This document shows positions 1 to 9,188 of a stretch of DNA of 43,456 nucleotides, piece after piece (the first letter of the stretch is position 1; each line of letters begins with the position of its first letter). The stretch is from Bacteroidales bacterium (GTDB lineage: Bacteria > Bacteroidota > Bacteroidia > Bacteroidales > JBKEBB01), in NCBI GenBank assembly GCA_047972845.1, contig JBKEBB010000041.1:1-43456 (forward strand), in the 5' to 3' direction. The position numbers were made by a program, and so were the translations under genes. The notes beneath the pieces are model-generated. The model worked only from the letters and a program-made list of their open reading frames with translations, was not told the DNA's origin and did not search any database.

Positions 1-2
1 AT

Positions 3-152
3 AAGAAATTGAACGATATTGGCTATAAAACAGCCAAACGACGGATGACGATGGATATAACAACGTTGTTGGTAAAAGTTATAGTAAAAGAATGTGGAGG
101 AGATCCTGCCCAAATGAAGACTGTTCATTTACGTAATATCAGATTACCCTAA
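3..152 (+). CDS. C-terminal fragment of an unidentified protein (ORF enters from left of window)
   Basis: Frame 3 is open from nt 3 to a TAA at 150-152 (...KKLNDIGYKTAKRRMTMDITTLLVKVIVKECGGDPAQMKTVHLRNIRLP*). It is absent from the ORF track because it is truncated. No family recognised. Confidence 0.3.
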   Translation, partial: KKLNDIGYKTAKRRMTMDITTLLVKVIVKECGGDPAQMKTVHLRNIRLP

Positions 153-263
153 TTTTTTTTGAATAGCATAACCTCAACCATCAATAAAAACAGACTATGA
201 GATACCGCCAACTTTGCGTCCATACTTTTCTTTCGACCACCCCTAATTCGGAATCGCCCGTTC

Positions 264-307
264 AGAAAAAGAAAAAGGGAGTACACTTAAAAATGTACTC
301 CCTTTTT
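264..307. terminator. Bidirectional intrinsic terminator hairpin downstream of tRNA-Asn (minus strand), possibly also ending the left-edge CDS
   Basis: Perfect stem GGGAGTACA (277-285) / TGTACTCCC (294-302), 8-nt loop. An A-run (264-276) and a T-run (303-307) flank it, so either strand reads hairpin plus U-tract. Confidence 0.7.
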
Positions 308-311
308 GGTT

Positions 312-388
312 TGGCTCTTCAGGTAGGACTTGAACCTACGACCCCCTGATTAACAGTCAGGTGCTCTAACCGACTGAGATACTGAAGA
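312..388 (-). tRNA. tRNA-Asn (anticodon GTT), CCA encoded
   Basis: The reverse complement folds as a cloverleaf: acceptor TCTTCAG/CTGAAGA, anticodon stem CCTGA/TCAGG with loop CTGTTAA, T-arm GTAGG-TTCAAGT-CCTAC, discriminator G, then CCA. The D-stem has one U10-C25 mismatch. Confidence 0.9.
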
Positions 389-411
389 AGATTTATTGCT
401 CGATTGCGGTG

Positions 412-419
412 CAAAAGTA
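412..419 (-). promoter_or_regulatory. Bacteroidota -7 promoter box (TACTTTTG on minus strand) for tRNA-Asn
   Basis: Plus strand CAAAAGTA is the reverse complement of TAnnTTTG. It lies 24 nt upstream of the tRNA 5' end. Confidence 0.55.
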
Positions 420-442
420 ATAGGATATTTTAATTTCTGCAA

Positions 443-450
443 TATCTTTG
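443..450 (+). promoter_or_regulatory. Bacteroidota -7 promoter box TATCTTTG for the PfkB kinase gene
   Basis: Perfect TAnnTTTG, 19 nt upstream of the ATG at 469 and back-to-back with the tRNA-Asn promoter. Confidence 0.55.
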
Positions 451-468
451 CATAAAAAATTAGGTAGA

Positions 469-1449
469 ATGAAGGTTTTAGGCATTGGAAACGCTCTCAT
501 AGACCTGTTACATCGTTTATCTTCCGACGATTTACTCCACGAGTTGAATCTCCCGAAAGGCAGTATGCAATTGATCGATCGAGACCGTTATATGCAGATT
601 TCTCAACGATTAAAAGGAACTCATTGCGATATCGCATGCGGAGGTTCGGCCGCAAACACTATTTGTGGAGCTGCAAAACTGGGAATGGATGTTGGCTATG
701 TGGGGAAAGTGGGGAAAGACGCATTTGGACAACTCTTCAGAGACGAATTAGAATCGGACGACATAACTCCCCACCTTTTTATTAAAGAATCCACCCCTTC
801 GGGATGTGCCACCACGCTGATCTCACAAGACGGAGAACGAACATTCGGAACGTATCTTGGCGCTGCGGCAACGATGAATGTTGAAGACATCGAGAAAGAG
901 TCGTTCGTCGGATACGATTGGGTGTATGTAGAGGGATATCTGATCACCGTTCCTGAATTAATCGAGTATATAATGGCGAAGGCTAAACGGGAAGGGTGCC
1001 GTGTTGCCATTGATATGGCGAGCTACAACGTAGTTCAAGACAACCTCGAACTGTTCCGTCGCCTGATAGATACATACGTGGACATGGTTTTCGCCAATGA
1101 AGAGGAGGCTTTCGCTCTTACGGGAAAGAAGCCCGAAAAGGCCCTTCGGGAATTAGCAGAGCTCTGTTCGATCGCTGTGGTAAAGATTGGCAAAGAGGGC
1201 TCTTTAATCGGTGCTGACGGAGAATACATCCATGTACCGACTGCCGAAACCAAACCCATCGACACAACAGGAGCCGGAGACCTCTATGCCGCCGGTTTTT
1301 TATATGGAATGGACAACGGATGCAGCTACGAACGCTGCGCCCAAATCGGATCGATAGTAGCCGGAAATGTCATCGAAGTGATCGGCACTAAAATGAAACA
1401 CGAACGATGGATAACAATTACTGAACAAATTGATGCGTTGAATTGCTGA
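469..1449 (+). CDS. PfkB-family carbohydrate/nucleoside kinase (adenosine kinase-like)
   Basis: N-terminal GIGNALIDLL and the PfkB signature DTTGAGDLYAAGF. The track ORF begins at a TTG (448) inside the -7 box, so the ATG at 469 (MKVLGIG...) is preferred. Confidence 0.85.
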   Translation: MKVLGIGNALIDLLHRLSSDDLLHELNLPKGSMQLIDRDRYMQISQRLKGTHCDIACGGSAANTICGAAKLGMDVGYVGKVGKDAFGQLFRDELESDDITPHLFIKESTPSGCATTLISQDGERTFGTYLGAAATMNVEDIEKESFVGYDWVYVEGYLITVPELIEYIMAKAKREGCRVAIDMASYNVVQDNLELFRRLIDTYVDMVFANEEEAFALTGKKPEKALRELAELCSIAVVKIGKEGSLIGADGEYIHVPTAETKPIDTTGAGDLYAAGFLYGMDNGCSYERCAQIGSIVAGNVIEVIGTKMKHERWITITEQIDALNC

Positions 1450-1553
1450 TATACCAAACGACCGAATGAACACATCATATCTTCGTCACAGAAAACGGAT
1501 GATTACAACGTGAAACGTTCGCTCGGTCATTTCGTCATTTAATAAACAACCAG

Positions 1554-3203
1554 ATGAAACAAACTAATATAATAACCGTCCTCATTATCGCTCTGTTTGC
1601 CTCAACGGCTTACGGACAGCAGGAACGGAGTTTCGAACAGACAAAAAGTCTGGAGATATTCAACTCACTTTACAGGGAGGTGGATCTGTTTTATGTTGAT
1701 ACCATTCAGCCCGGCAAGTTTATTCGCACGGGTATTGACGCTATGTTGAACAGTCTCGATCCCTACTCGGAATACATGGAAGAGAGCGAAACGGACGATC
1801 TGATGTACATCACCACCGGCGAATATGGAGGAATAGGAGCAGGGGTGATGTTTCGTGATGGAAAAGTGTTTATTCCGGAAGTCTTCGAAGGAACTCCCGC
1901 CGCTGAAGCCGGAATTTTGCCGGGCGACGTGATTATAAAAGTGGACACCACCAATGTGGCTGGATTCACCGTAAGTCAGGTCAGCAATCTGCTCAAAGGG
2001 CAGGCAAATACACCCATTCGTATCGAATTGGAACGCCCCGGCACAGAAGGAACAGTGGTAAAGGAGTTTTACCGACGTAAGATTGTTGTAAACACAGTCC
2101 CCTATTGGGGTGTGGTGGGAACAAGTACCGGATACATCAGACTGACCAATTTCACCGACAAATCAGCACAAGAGGTCAAAAACGCCTTTCTCGATCTCAA
2201 GGAAAATAAAAAGATACAATCGCTTGTGCTCGACCTTCGCGACAACCCCGGAGGAGTAATGGAATCTGCCATACAGATTGTCAACTTTTTTGTTCCAAAA
2301 GGATCTCCCATTCTCACCACAAAGGGTAAAACACGCCAAGCCGACCGTGAGTACAGAGCTACGCTCGATCCTCTTGATCTGAAGATTCCCATCGTTGTAC
2401 TTATCAACAGTGGCTCGGCCTCCGCTTCCGAGATATTATCCGGTGCGCTTCAGGACTTGGATCGCGCCGTACTGATCGGAACTCGCTCTTTCGGAAAAGG
2501 GTTAGTTCAATCCCCTCGTTCTTTACCCTACAACGGACTTCTAAAACTGACCACCGCCAAATATTACATCCCCAGTGGCCGTTGCATTCAGGCTATCGAC
2601 TACACGCATCGCAACGCAGATGGAAGCGTCGGTGCTGTTCCGGATAGCCTTACCAAAGAGTTTGCAACCTCGAAGGGACGTATCGTTCGCGACGGAGGAG
2701 GAGTTACACCCGATCGTCTTGTCGAACCGGAGCGTTCGCCCAACATCCTATTTTACTTGGTGCGCGACTTTCTCACACACGATTACGTAACCGAATTCGG
2801 ACTCAAACATCCCACAATCGCTCCAGCTGCAGAGTTTGAGTTAACTGACGAACAGTATCGTGATTTTACCGAGTTGGTGAAGAGCCGTAACTTTACATAC
2901 GACCGCCAAAGCGAACGGTTACTCAAAGACCTCCGAAGAATGATGGAGTTTGAAGGATACTATGACAATGCCAAAGAGGAATTTGACAATCTGGAGGCGA
3001 AGTTGAACCACAACGTGGAACGCGACCTCGAAACCTTTAAACCTCAAATAAAACAGCTGCTTGAGGAGCTTATATGCAAACGCTACTACAGAGAAAAGGG
3101 AGAAGTGCAGCAAGCTCTCAAAGAAAGCAAAGAGGTGATTATCGCGGTAGAATTGCTGGCAAAGCCTGACGAATACAAGTCGCTTCTCATGCCAAAGAAA
3201 TAA
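1554..3203 (+). CDS. S41-family C-terminal processing peptidase with PDZ domain
   Basis: Signal peptide MKQTNIITVLIIALFASTAYG, a PDZ-like segment (GTPAAEAGILPGDVIIKVD), and the Ser/Lys dyad context NSGSASASEILSGAL ... GTRSFGKGLVQ. Confidence 0.9.
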   Translation: MKQTNIITVLIIALFASTAYGQQERSFEQTKSLEIFNSLYREVDLFYVDTIQPGKFIRTGIDAMLNSLDPYSEYMEESETDDLMYITTGEYGGIGAGVMFRDGKVFIPEVFEGTPAAEAGILPGDVIIKVDTTNVAGFTVSQVSNLLKGQANTPIRIELERPGTEGTVVKEFYRRKIVVNTVPYWGVVGTSTGYIRLTNFTDKSAQEVKNAFLDLKENKKIQSLVLDLRDNPGGVMESAIQIVNFFVPKGSPILTTKGKTRQADREYRATLDPLDLKIPIVVLINSGSASASEILSGALQDLDRAVLIGTRSFGKGLVQSPRSLPYNGLLKLTTAKYYIPSGRCIQAIDYTHRNADGSVGAVPDSLTKEFATSKGRIVRDGGGVTPDRLVEPERSPNILFYLVRDFLTHDYVTEFGLKHPTIAPAAEFELTDEQYRDFTELVKSRNFTYDRQSERLLKDLRRMMEFEGYYDNAKEEFDNLEAKLNHNVERDLETFKPQIKQLLEELICKRYYREKGEVQQALKESKEVIIAVELLAKPDEYKSLLMPKK

Positions 3204-3278
3204 TTGAGCCACCTATTTAGAGAGAAGTCGCACAACACCGACTCATAACGAACGAATCAGACAATCAATAATACAAAC

Positions 3279-3833
3279 ATGAACGAACAAATCAAACAAA
3301 TTGCCGCCCGCCTGGTAGGAATGCGTGACGCGCTTGATCTTACAACAGCAGATGTGGCTCAAGCATGCGGAATCACCGAGGCAGAATATGTTGAATTGGA
3401 GTCAGGAAACAAAGACATTCCTGTGAGCATACTTCACAACATCAGCCAAGCTTACAAGATGGAGTTATCCACATTGATGTTTGGCGACGAGCCGCGCATG
3501 ACCTCCTACTTTCTTACCCGCAAAGGAAAGGGTTCAGCTGTCGAACGTTCTAAAACATATAAATATCAATCGTTGGCAGTTGGTTTTTCAAACCGTAAGG
3601 CCGATCCGTTTATCGTAACGGTCGAACCTAAACCCGAAAACACTCCTTTCCATCTCAACAGTCATTCTGGTCAAGAGTTCAACATGATACTATCTGGACG
3701 TATGGAGTTACACATTAATGGGAAAAATCTAATCCTCGAAGAGGGAGACAGCATCTATTTTGACTCTACTCTTCCCCATGGGATGAGGGCTCTGGATAAC
3801 AATCCGGTAAGTTTCCTTGCAATTATTATCTAG
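3279..3833 (+). CDS. XRE-family HTH transcriptional regulator with C-terminal cupin domain
   Basis: N-terminal HTH_3-like segment (LDLTTADVAQACGITEAEYVELESG). C-terminal cupin motifs (HSGQEFNMILSG ... GDSIYFDSTLPHG). Confidence 0.85.
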   Translation: MNEQIKQIAARLVGMRDALDLTTADVAQACGITEAEYVELESGNKDIPVSILHNISQAYKMELSTLMFGDEPRMTSYFLTRKGKGSAVERSKTYKYQSLAVGFSNRKADPFIVTVEPKPENTPFHLNSHSGQEFNMILSGRMELHINGKNLILEEGDSIYFDSTLPHGMRALDNNPVSFLAIII

Positions 3834-3909
3834 TCGATTGCAGGAATAACAGGGAGTAGTCAATCCCCGTGTGTACTCACTTCATTCATCAATAGTAAAA
3901 CCATCTTTC

Positions 3910-5568
3910 ATGCTTACTAAATATCTTGCAAAAACCACCTTTTCGTCTCAAGACGACTTCATGACGAACTTCTCGGTACATGTACCGGATTCATTCAATT
4001 TCGCTTACGACATAGTTGACGAGTGGGCATCTATTCAGCCCGATAAAAAAGCTCTCTGCTGGACCAACGACAAAGGCGATCACAAAGATTTCACTTTTGC
4101 CGACATCAAACGAGAAAGCGATCGAGTTGCCTCCTACTTCCAGTCCTTGGGAATCGGTAAGGGCGACATGGTAATGTTGATTCTTAAACGACGTTACGAA
4201 TTCTGGTTTTCAATCATAGCGCTCCATAAGATTGGAGCGGTTTGTATTCCCGCCACCCACCTCCTTACTCAAAAAGACATCGTTTATCGATGCAATGCCG
4301 CTGATATCAAAATGATTGTTGCCGTAGGCGAGGACGAGGTATTGAACAGTGTGGATGACGCGATGCCCCACTGTCCGTCGTTGAAGACAAAAGTATCCAT
4401 CGGTCCGTCTATCCCTGCAGGCTGGGAAGATTTCACCACCGGAAAGGATAATGCGGCACCCTTCGTTCGTCCGGCGGAAGTCAACTGCAACGAAGATATG
4501 ATGTTGATGTATTTCACCTCCGGAACCACCGGAAACCCCAAGATGGTTTCGCATGACTTCACCTATCCCCTCGCCCACATCATCACCGCCTCCTACTGGC
4601 ACAACATTCACAACGATTCCCTGCATCTCACCATTGCCGATACAGGCTGGGGAAAAGCCGTTTGGGGAAAGCTCTACGGTCAGTGGATCGGTGGAGCAAA
4701 CGTATTTGTGTATGACCACGAGAAGTTTTCTCCGGCGGAGATGCTTGCTATCATTGAGAAATACCGCATTACCTCACTCTGCGCTCCTCCTACGATTTTC
4801 CGTTTCCTGATCCGCGAAGATCTGTCGAAATACAACCTCTCATCACTCGAATATTGCACTATCGCAGGCGAGGCTCTCAATCCCGCGGTGTACGAACAAT
4901 TCCTTCAACTTACCGGAATCAAACTCAAAGAGGGATTCGGACAAACCGAAACCACCCTAACCATCTGCACAACCCCCTGGATTGAACCTAAACCCGGATC
5001 GATGGGTTGTGTCAATCCACAATACGACGTTCATCTGATGACCGCCGACGGACGTTGGGCCGAGGATGGTGAACAGGGAGAGATTGTGATTCGAGATAAA
5101 GACGGAAAGAAGCCATTAGGCCTCTTCAAAGAGTACTACCGCGATGCCGAACGCACCCACGAGGCATATCACGACGGAGTTTACTACACCGGAGACATCG
5201 CTTGGCGCGACCAGGACGGATACTTCTGGTTTGTAGGCCGCGCGGACGACGTGATCAAAAGTTCCGGATACCGCATCGGCCCCTTCGAGGTTGAAAGCGC
5301 CCTGATGACCCATCCCGCGGTGGTTGAATGCGCTATCACCGGAGTGCCCGACGAAGTACGCGGACAAGTGGTGAAGGCCACCATCGTGCTTTCGAAAGAG
5401 TACAAACCCAAAGCCGGCGAGGAGCTGATTAAAGAGATTCAGGATCACGTAAAACATGTGACCGCTCCCTATAAATACCCCCGTATCATTGAATTTGTGG
5501 ATGAACTTCCGAAAACCATCAGTGGTAAGATTCGACGGGTTGAGATTCGCGACAAAGATAAAAAATAG
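3910..5568 (+). CDS. AMP-forming acyl-CoA synthetase (medium-chain/AcsM-like, ANL superfamily)
   Basis: AMP-binding motifs [20 protein letters not shown]-like YYTGDIAW, and C-terminal SGKIRR. The track start at 3871 is a GTG extension; the ATG at 3910 (MLTKYLAK...) is preferred, though the start remains uncertain. Confidence 0.85.
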   Translation: MLTKYLAKTTFSSQDDFMTNFSVHVPDSFNFAYDIVDEWASIQPDKKALCWTNDKGDHKDFTFADIKRESDRVASYFQSLGIGKGDMVMLILKRRYEFWFSIIALHKIGAVCIPATHLLTQKDIVYRCNAADIKMIVAVGEDEVLNSVDDAMPHCPSLKTKVSIGPSIPAGWEDFTTGKDNAAPFVRPAEVNCNEDMMLMYFTSGTTGNPKMVSHDFTYPLAHIITASYWHNIHNDSLHLTIADTGWGKAVWGKLYGQWIGGANVFVYDHEKFSPAEMLAIIEKYRITSLCAPPTIFRFLIREDLSKYNLSSLEYCTIAGEALNPAVYEQFLQLTGIKLKEGFGQTETTLTICTTPWIEPKPGSMGCVNPQYDVHLMTADGRWAEDGEQGEIVIRDKDGKKPLGLFKEYYRDAERTHEAYHDGVYYTGDIAWRDQDGYFWFVGRADDVIKSSGYRIGPFEVESALMTHPAVVECAITGVPDEVRGQVVKATIVLSKEYKPKAGEELIKEIQDHVKHVTAPYKYPRIIEFVDELPKTISGKIRRVEIRDKDKK

Positions 5569-5651
5569 TCGTTTACTCTTTTTTATACACCCATGAGAGC
5601 GAACTTTAGTTTCCTTTCATGCGTACGATTCACCCTTTAATTTCTATTCCG

Positions 5652-6584
5652 ATGAACATTGTTTTTTTAGATACCTATTCGCTGGGAGATGCTGATCTCT
5701 CACCGATCAGTACACTGGGAAACTACACCGGGTATGAATTCACCCGCAGTGCTCAAACGGTGGAACGTTGCGTGGAGGCAGACATTATCATAACGAATAA
5801 AGTACTCCTCAACAAAGAAGTTTTAAGCCAACTTCCTCGCACAAAGCTTGTCTGCATTGCCGCGACAGGGACAAACAACATCGACCTTGAGGCCGCTAAA
5901 GAGTTGGGCATTGAAGTCAGAAACGCCTCTGACTACTCTACTCAGAGCGTAGCGCAGGCAACCTTTGCCATGACCCTCTCTATGCTCCACAATACGTCGA
6001 TGTACGACTCCTATGTGAAGGAGGGCGAATATGCGGCATCCGGACGCTTTACGTTTCACGGACAGCCCTATTTCGAGATCAGTGGAAAGCAATGGGGAAT
6101 CATCGGACTGGGAAACATTGGACGCAGAGTGGCCGAAATTGCCTCCGCGTTCGGAGCTCGGGTGGTCTATTACTCCTCTTCAGGGAACGACAGATCGTCG
6201 CAATATCCCCGTTTGACTTTAGAAGAACTCCTTGCCACATCAGACATCATCTCTATACACTCACCCCTAACTCCCCAAACAACCAATCTGATCGCCTACA
6301 AGGAGCTCTGCACGATGCAACCGCATGCCCTTCTGGTGAACATGGCACGGGGAGGTATCGTGGAGGAGACCGACCTTACCAAGGCATTGAATGAAAACAG
6401 ATTGGCAGGAGCATGCCTCGACGTGTTCGCGCAGGAGCCTCTTCGTTCCGACAGTCCGCTGCTAACCCAACTCCACAATCCGCGCAAACTGCTTTGTGCA
6501 CCCCATATCGCGTGGGCATCTGCCGAAGCGCGTAAAAAATTGGTTGGGATAATCGCGGGGCATATTACCCGTTTCATCGGCTAA
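5652..6584 (+). CDS. D-isomer-specific 2-hydroxyacid dehydrogenase (glycerate dehydrogenase-like)
   Basis: Rossmann motif GIIGLGNIGRRVA, then MARGGIV and the catalytic-His context APHIAWAS. The start at MNIVFLD (5652) is preferred over the upstream ATG at 5619. Confidence 0.85.
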   Translation: MNIVFLDTYSLGDADLSPISTLGNYTGYEFTRSAQTVERCVEADIIITNKVLLNKEVLSQLPRTKLVCIAATGTNNIDLEAAKELGIEVRNASDYSTQSVAQATFAMTLSMLHNTSMYDSYVKEGEYAASGRFTFHGQPYFEISGKQWGIIGLGNIGRRVAEIASAFGARVVYYSSSGNDRSSQYPRLTLEELLATSDIISIHSPLTPQTTNLIAYKELCTMQPHALLVNMARGGIVEETDLTKALNENRLAGACLDVFAQEPLRSDSPLLTQLHNPRKLLCAPHIAWASAEARKKLVGIIAGHITRFIG

Positions 6585-6600
6585 GAACTCCTCTTCTAAA

Positions 6601-6660
6601 AAACGTATATACCTTTTGATTAAAACGATTAGTCGTCTTAGTCAAAAGGTATATACGTTT
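6601..6660. repeat. TCAAAAGG-family palindromic intergenic element, copy 1 (likely bidirectional terminator)
   Basis: Perfect 19-bp inverted repeat AAACGTATATACCTTTTGA (6601-6619) / TCAAAAGGTATATACGTTT (6642-6660) with a 22-nt loop that holds a small ACGA/TCGT hairpin. It lies between convergent gene ends. It shares the 13-mer TCAAAAGGTATAT with 21944-21956. Confidence 0.75.
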
Positions 6661-6672
6661 CCAATAAAAGGA

Positions 6673-7971
6673 TTATTCCTTTTTTCGAGAGCCACGAGAC
6701 ACCGGAACCTCTTCAATAGATCCTTCTTCACATGGAATCGAATCACCAAAGAATTTGGCATAAAATCCCCTTACAACAGATGATTTATTGTTCAGCATAA
6801 TCAATACCGATGTAGTGATGATTGAAAAAAGAATAACGGAATAAACTACATTTCGTATGATCGGTCCATCTGGCATCCCTGCATGTACGGGAATGGTAGC
6901 CAGTACGGCGGCGGCGAGTCCCTTGGGAGTCATCAGTGATATGATGCTTTTATCGTACAGATTAGCTGTCAGGGGGTGTGCTGTTCGTGCTATGATCAAT
7001 CGTATGACATAGACCGCGACTGTCAGTATTAATCCGTAAAGAATGGCTGTAATGTCCTCATAAATGACCGAAACTCCGATATAGACAAAGAAAAAGGTTT
7101 TGAGTAGAAAGGTCAACTCCTTCAAAACAACCAGTTCGGTATCATTGAGCAAATGCCCCTTTCCTCCTAAAATCTTTTTAGCAAAGAAGCTGGTAAATTT
7201 ATCCACATTCGCCATGGTGATTCCAAACGCCAACGAAGCGATCGCGCCGTTATAGCCCAACAGTTCGGATGTACCGTAGATAACAAACACAAACGCCGGG
7301 GTGGTGAAGATTGAATTCTGAACATTTCTAACCTGAGACAATACACTCGACCAATCCATGCCACCAATAGCACCAACCGCTGTGGCTAATACAAACGATG
7401 CTATAATGGATCCTACGGTGGTGCCCAAATCTATTTTACCATCCACAAAGGCTTGCACTCCGGCAAGTGCGATAACGATACAAAGCACATCGGTCACAGC
7501 CGACTCAAGGATCAATACGGTCTTGGTCTCTTCGCCCAAATCCAATTTATTCACCAACGGGATAACAACCGCGGAAGAGGTATTTCCCATAATGGCACCG
7601 AGTATTATTGATCCCAACAAGGAGCAATCGAATAAAAAGTAGACAATAAGGGCAGCCCCTACGGCAACCACAAAGAAACTGGTCAGAGCCAATGTCATTG
7701 TGCTCTTCCACGCCGACTTAAGAGTATCGAAAGAGAGCGTGGTTCCTCCCTCAAATAGAATCACAACCAATGTAATGGTGGTGAATACAGGGCCGAAACT
7801 GCCAAAATGACTTGGTTTGATGATTCCAAAAACAGGCCCCAAAACAACACCAAGCAAAATTAACATCAGCACATCGGGAACCATCTTGCGAGAAAACAAG
7901 AATGCTAAGAGGTGAGCCAAGAATATTAATAAACCGATAGCAACTAACGCGTATGATATTGATGAGTCCAT
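6673..7971 (-). CDS. Cation:proton antiporter (Na+/H+ exchanger family)
   Basis: 432-aa polytopic membrane protein with about 11-12 hydrophobic segments. Overall composition resembles Na_H_exchanger/CPA proteins. No search was run. Confidence 0.7.
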   Translation of the reverse strand: MDSSISYALVAIGLLIFLAHLLAFLFSRKMVPDVLMLILLGVVLGPVFGIIKPSHFGSFGPVFTTITLVVILFEGGTTLSFDTLKSAWKSTMTLALTSFFVVAVGAALIVYFLFDCSLLGSIILGAIMGNTSSAVVIPLVNKLDLGEETKTVLILESAVTDVLCIVIALAGVQAFVDGKIDLGTTVGSIIASFVLATAVGAIGGMDWSSVLSQVRNVQNSIFTTPAFVFVIYGTSELLGYNGAIASLAFGITMANVDKFTSFFAKKILGGKGHLLNDTELVVLKELTFLLKTFFFVYIGVSVIYEDITAILYGLILTVAVYVIRLIIARTAHPLTANLYDKSIISLMTPKGLAAAVLATIPVHAGMPDGPIIRNVVYSVILFSIITTSVLIMLNNKSSVVRGFYAKFFGDSIPCEEGSIEEVPVSRGSRKKE

Positions 7972-8252
7972 AATAAATCTACCTAATTAAGAGTTTCCTT
8001 TATTTTGAATTCGCAAAATACCTACAAAACGTAACAACCAAGCCAATTGGAGGATCGAACAACAGATCCACTACACAAATATGATCACTGGATTGAAAAC
8101 AGCCATCTACATATACCACTCAAAGGATAAAACACTACTGCCTAATCTTACCAAATAGAACAACCACTCAACAAATAAATGAGCTCCCTTGAAGGATTGG
8201 ATGTTCGTCACTGAATTTCGAGAACAACGATAGGGGAAATAAAAGAAACTGA

Positions 8253-9188
8253 TTAAATCTGTGTTTTAAAATAGTCGATGGTTTTGATAAGTCCCTCCTC
8301 CAAGTGAATCAAAGGCTCCCATCCCGAAAGCATTTTGTTAGCCAGAGTGATGTCCGGACGCCTTTGCTTAGGATCATCCGAAGGAAGAGGTTCATAGATG
8401 AGCTTTGATCTCGATCCGGTCAACTCGATTACCTTTTCGGCAAGTTCACGAATGGTAAACTCTCCCGGATTGCCTATGTTGACGGGACCGATAAAATCAT
8501 CGGGCGAGGCCATCATACGGATCATTCCCTCCACCAAATCGTCCACATACTGAAAACTACGGGTTTGATTTCCTTCTCCATAGATAGTTATATCTTTCCC
8601 TTTAAGAGCTTGCACGATGAAATTGGAGACTACCCGTCCGTCATTCGGATGCATACGTGGCCCATAGGTATTGAATATTCTAACGATTTTAATCTTAACC
8701 CCATTTTGACGGTAATAATCCATAAAGAGAGTCTCGGCACACCGTTTTCCCTCGTCGTAGCATGATCGGACACCGATCGGATTCACATTTCCCCAATACT
8801 CTTCCACTTGCGGATGAATAGCCGGATCGCCATATACCTCACTGGTGGAGGCTTGAAGGATCTTCGCTCTGGTTCTTTTGGCCAGTCCGAGCATATTGAT
8901 CGCCCCCATCACCGAGGTCTTAGTAGTCTTTATGGGGTTATACTGATAGTGTATGGGAGAGGCGGGGCACGCCAGATTATAAATCTCATCTACCTCGGCA
9001 TAGTAGGGAGTAGTCACATCGTGACGCACAATCTCAAATCGAGGATTACCCACCAGATGAAGAACATTCATTTTTGATCCGGTAAAGTAATTATCGAGAC
9101 AGATCACATCGTTTCCTTCATTAAGAAGTCGTTCACAGAGATGCGATCCAATAAATCCGGCTCCACCGGTGATAAGAATTCTTTTCAT
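8253..9188 (-). CDS. UDP-glucuronate decarboxylase (UDP-xylose synthase), SDR family
   Basis: [10 protein letters not shown] Rossmann motif and catalytic YxxxK in [11 protein letters not shown]. Strong resemblance to UXS-type enzymes. The ATGA overlap with the upstream ugd stop indicates an operon. Confidence 0.85.
   Translation of the reverse strand: MKRILITGGAGFIGSHLCERLLNEGNDVICLDNYFTGSKMNVLHLVGNPRFEIVRHDVTTPYYAEVDEIYNLACPASPIHYQYNPIKTTKTSVMGAINMLGLAKRTRAKILQASTSEVYGDPAIHPQVEEYWGNVNPIGVRSCYDEGKRCAETLFMDYYRQNGVKIKIVRIFNTYGPRMHPNDGRVVSNFIVQALKGKDITIYGEGNQTRSFQYVDDLVEGMIRMMASPDDFIGPVNIGNPGEFTIRELAEKVIELTGSRSKLIYEPLPSDDPKQRRPDITLANKMLSGWEPLIHLEEGLIKTIDYFKTQI

Noticed and set aside
209-307. 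Candidate ~85-nt small RNA between a near -7 box (CAACTTTG, 209-216) and the hairpin at 277-307
   Set aside because: The box is imperfect (CA instead of TA). The hairpin is more simply explained as the terminator of tRNA-Asn and/or of the upstream CDS. There is no independent support.
1-311. Possible genomic-island insertion at the 3' end of tRNA-Asn
   Set aside because: Only ~310 nt are visible downstream of the tRNA. They contain a terminator and the tail of an unidentified CDS. No integrase and no direct repeat of the tRNA 3' end is visible, so this cannot be assessed from the window.
312-388. Stem mismatches in the tRNAs (U10-C25 in tRNA-Asn; C51-U63 in tRNA-Phe at 26076-26148) as signs of pseudogenes
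   Set aside because: All other stems, loops and invariant positions are canonical. Both genes have a perfect promoter box and a strong terminator. Single mismatches are tolerated in functional tRNAs.
448-468. N-terminal extensions in the ORF track (448, 3871, 5619, 15642, 16355)
   Set aside because: The extensions start at non-ATG codons or run through promoter boxes or upstream intergenic sequence. Internal ATGs give N-termini that match the expected family starts (MKVLGIG, MLTKY, MNIVFLD, MTTNQ, MATNRLY).
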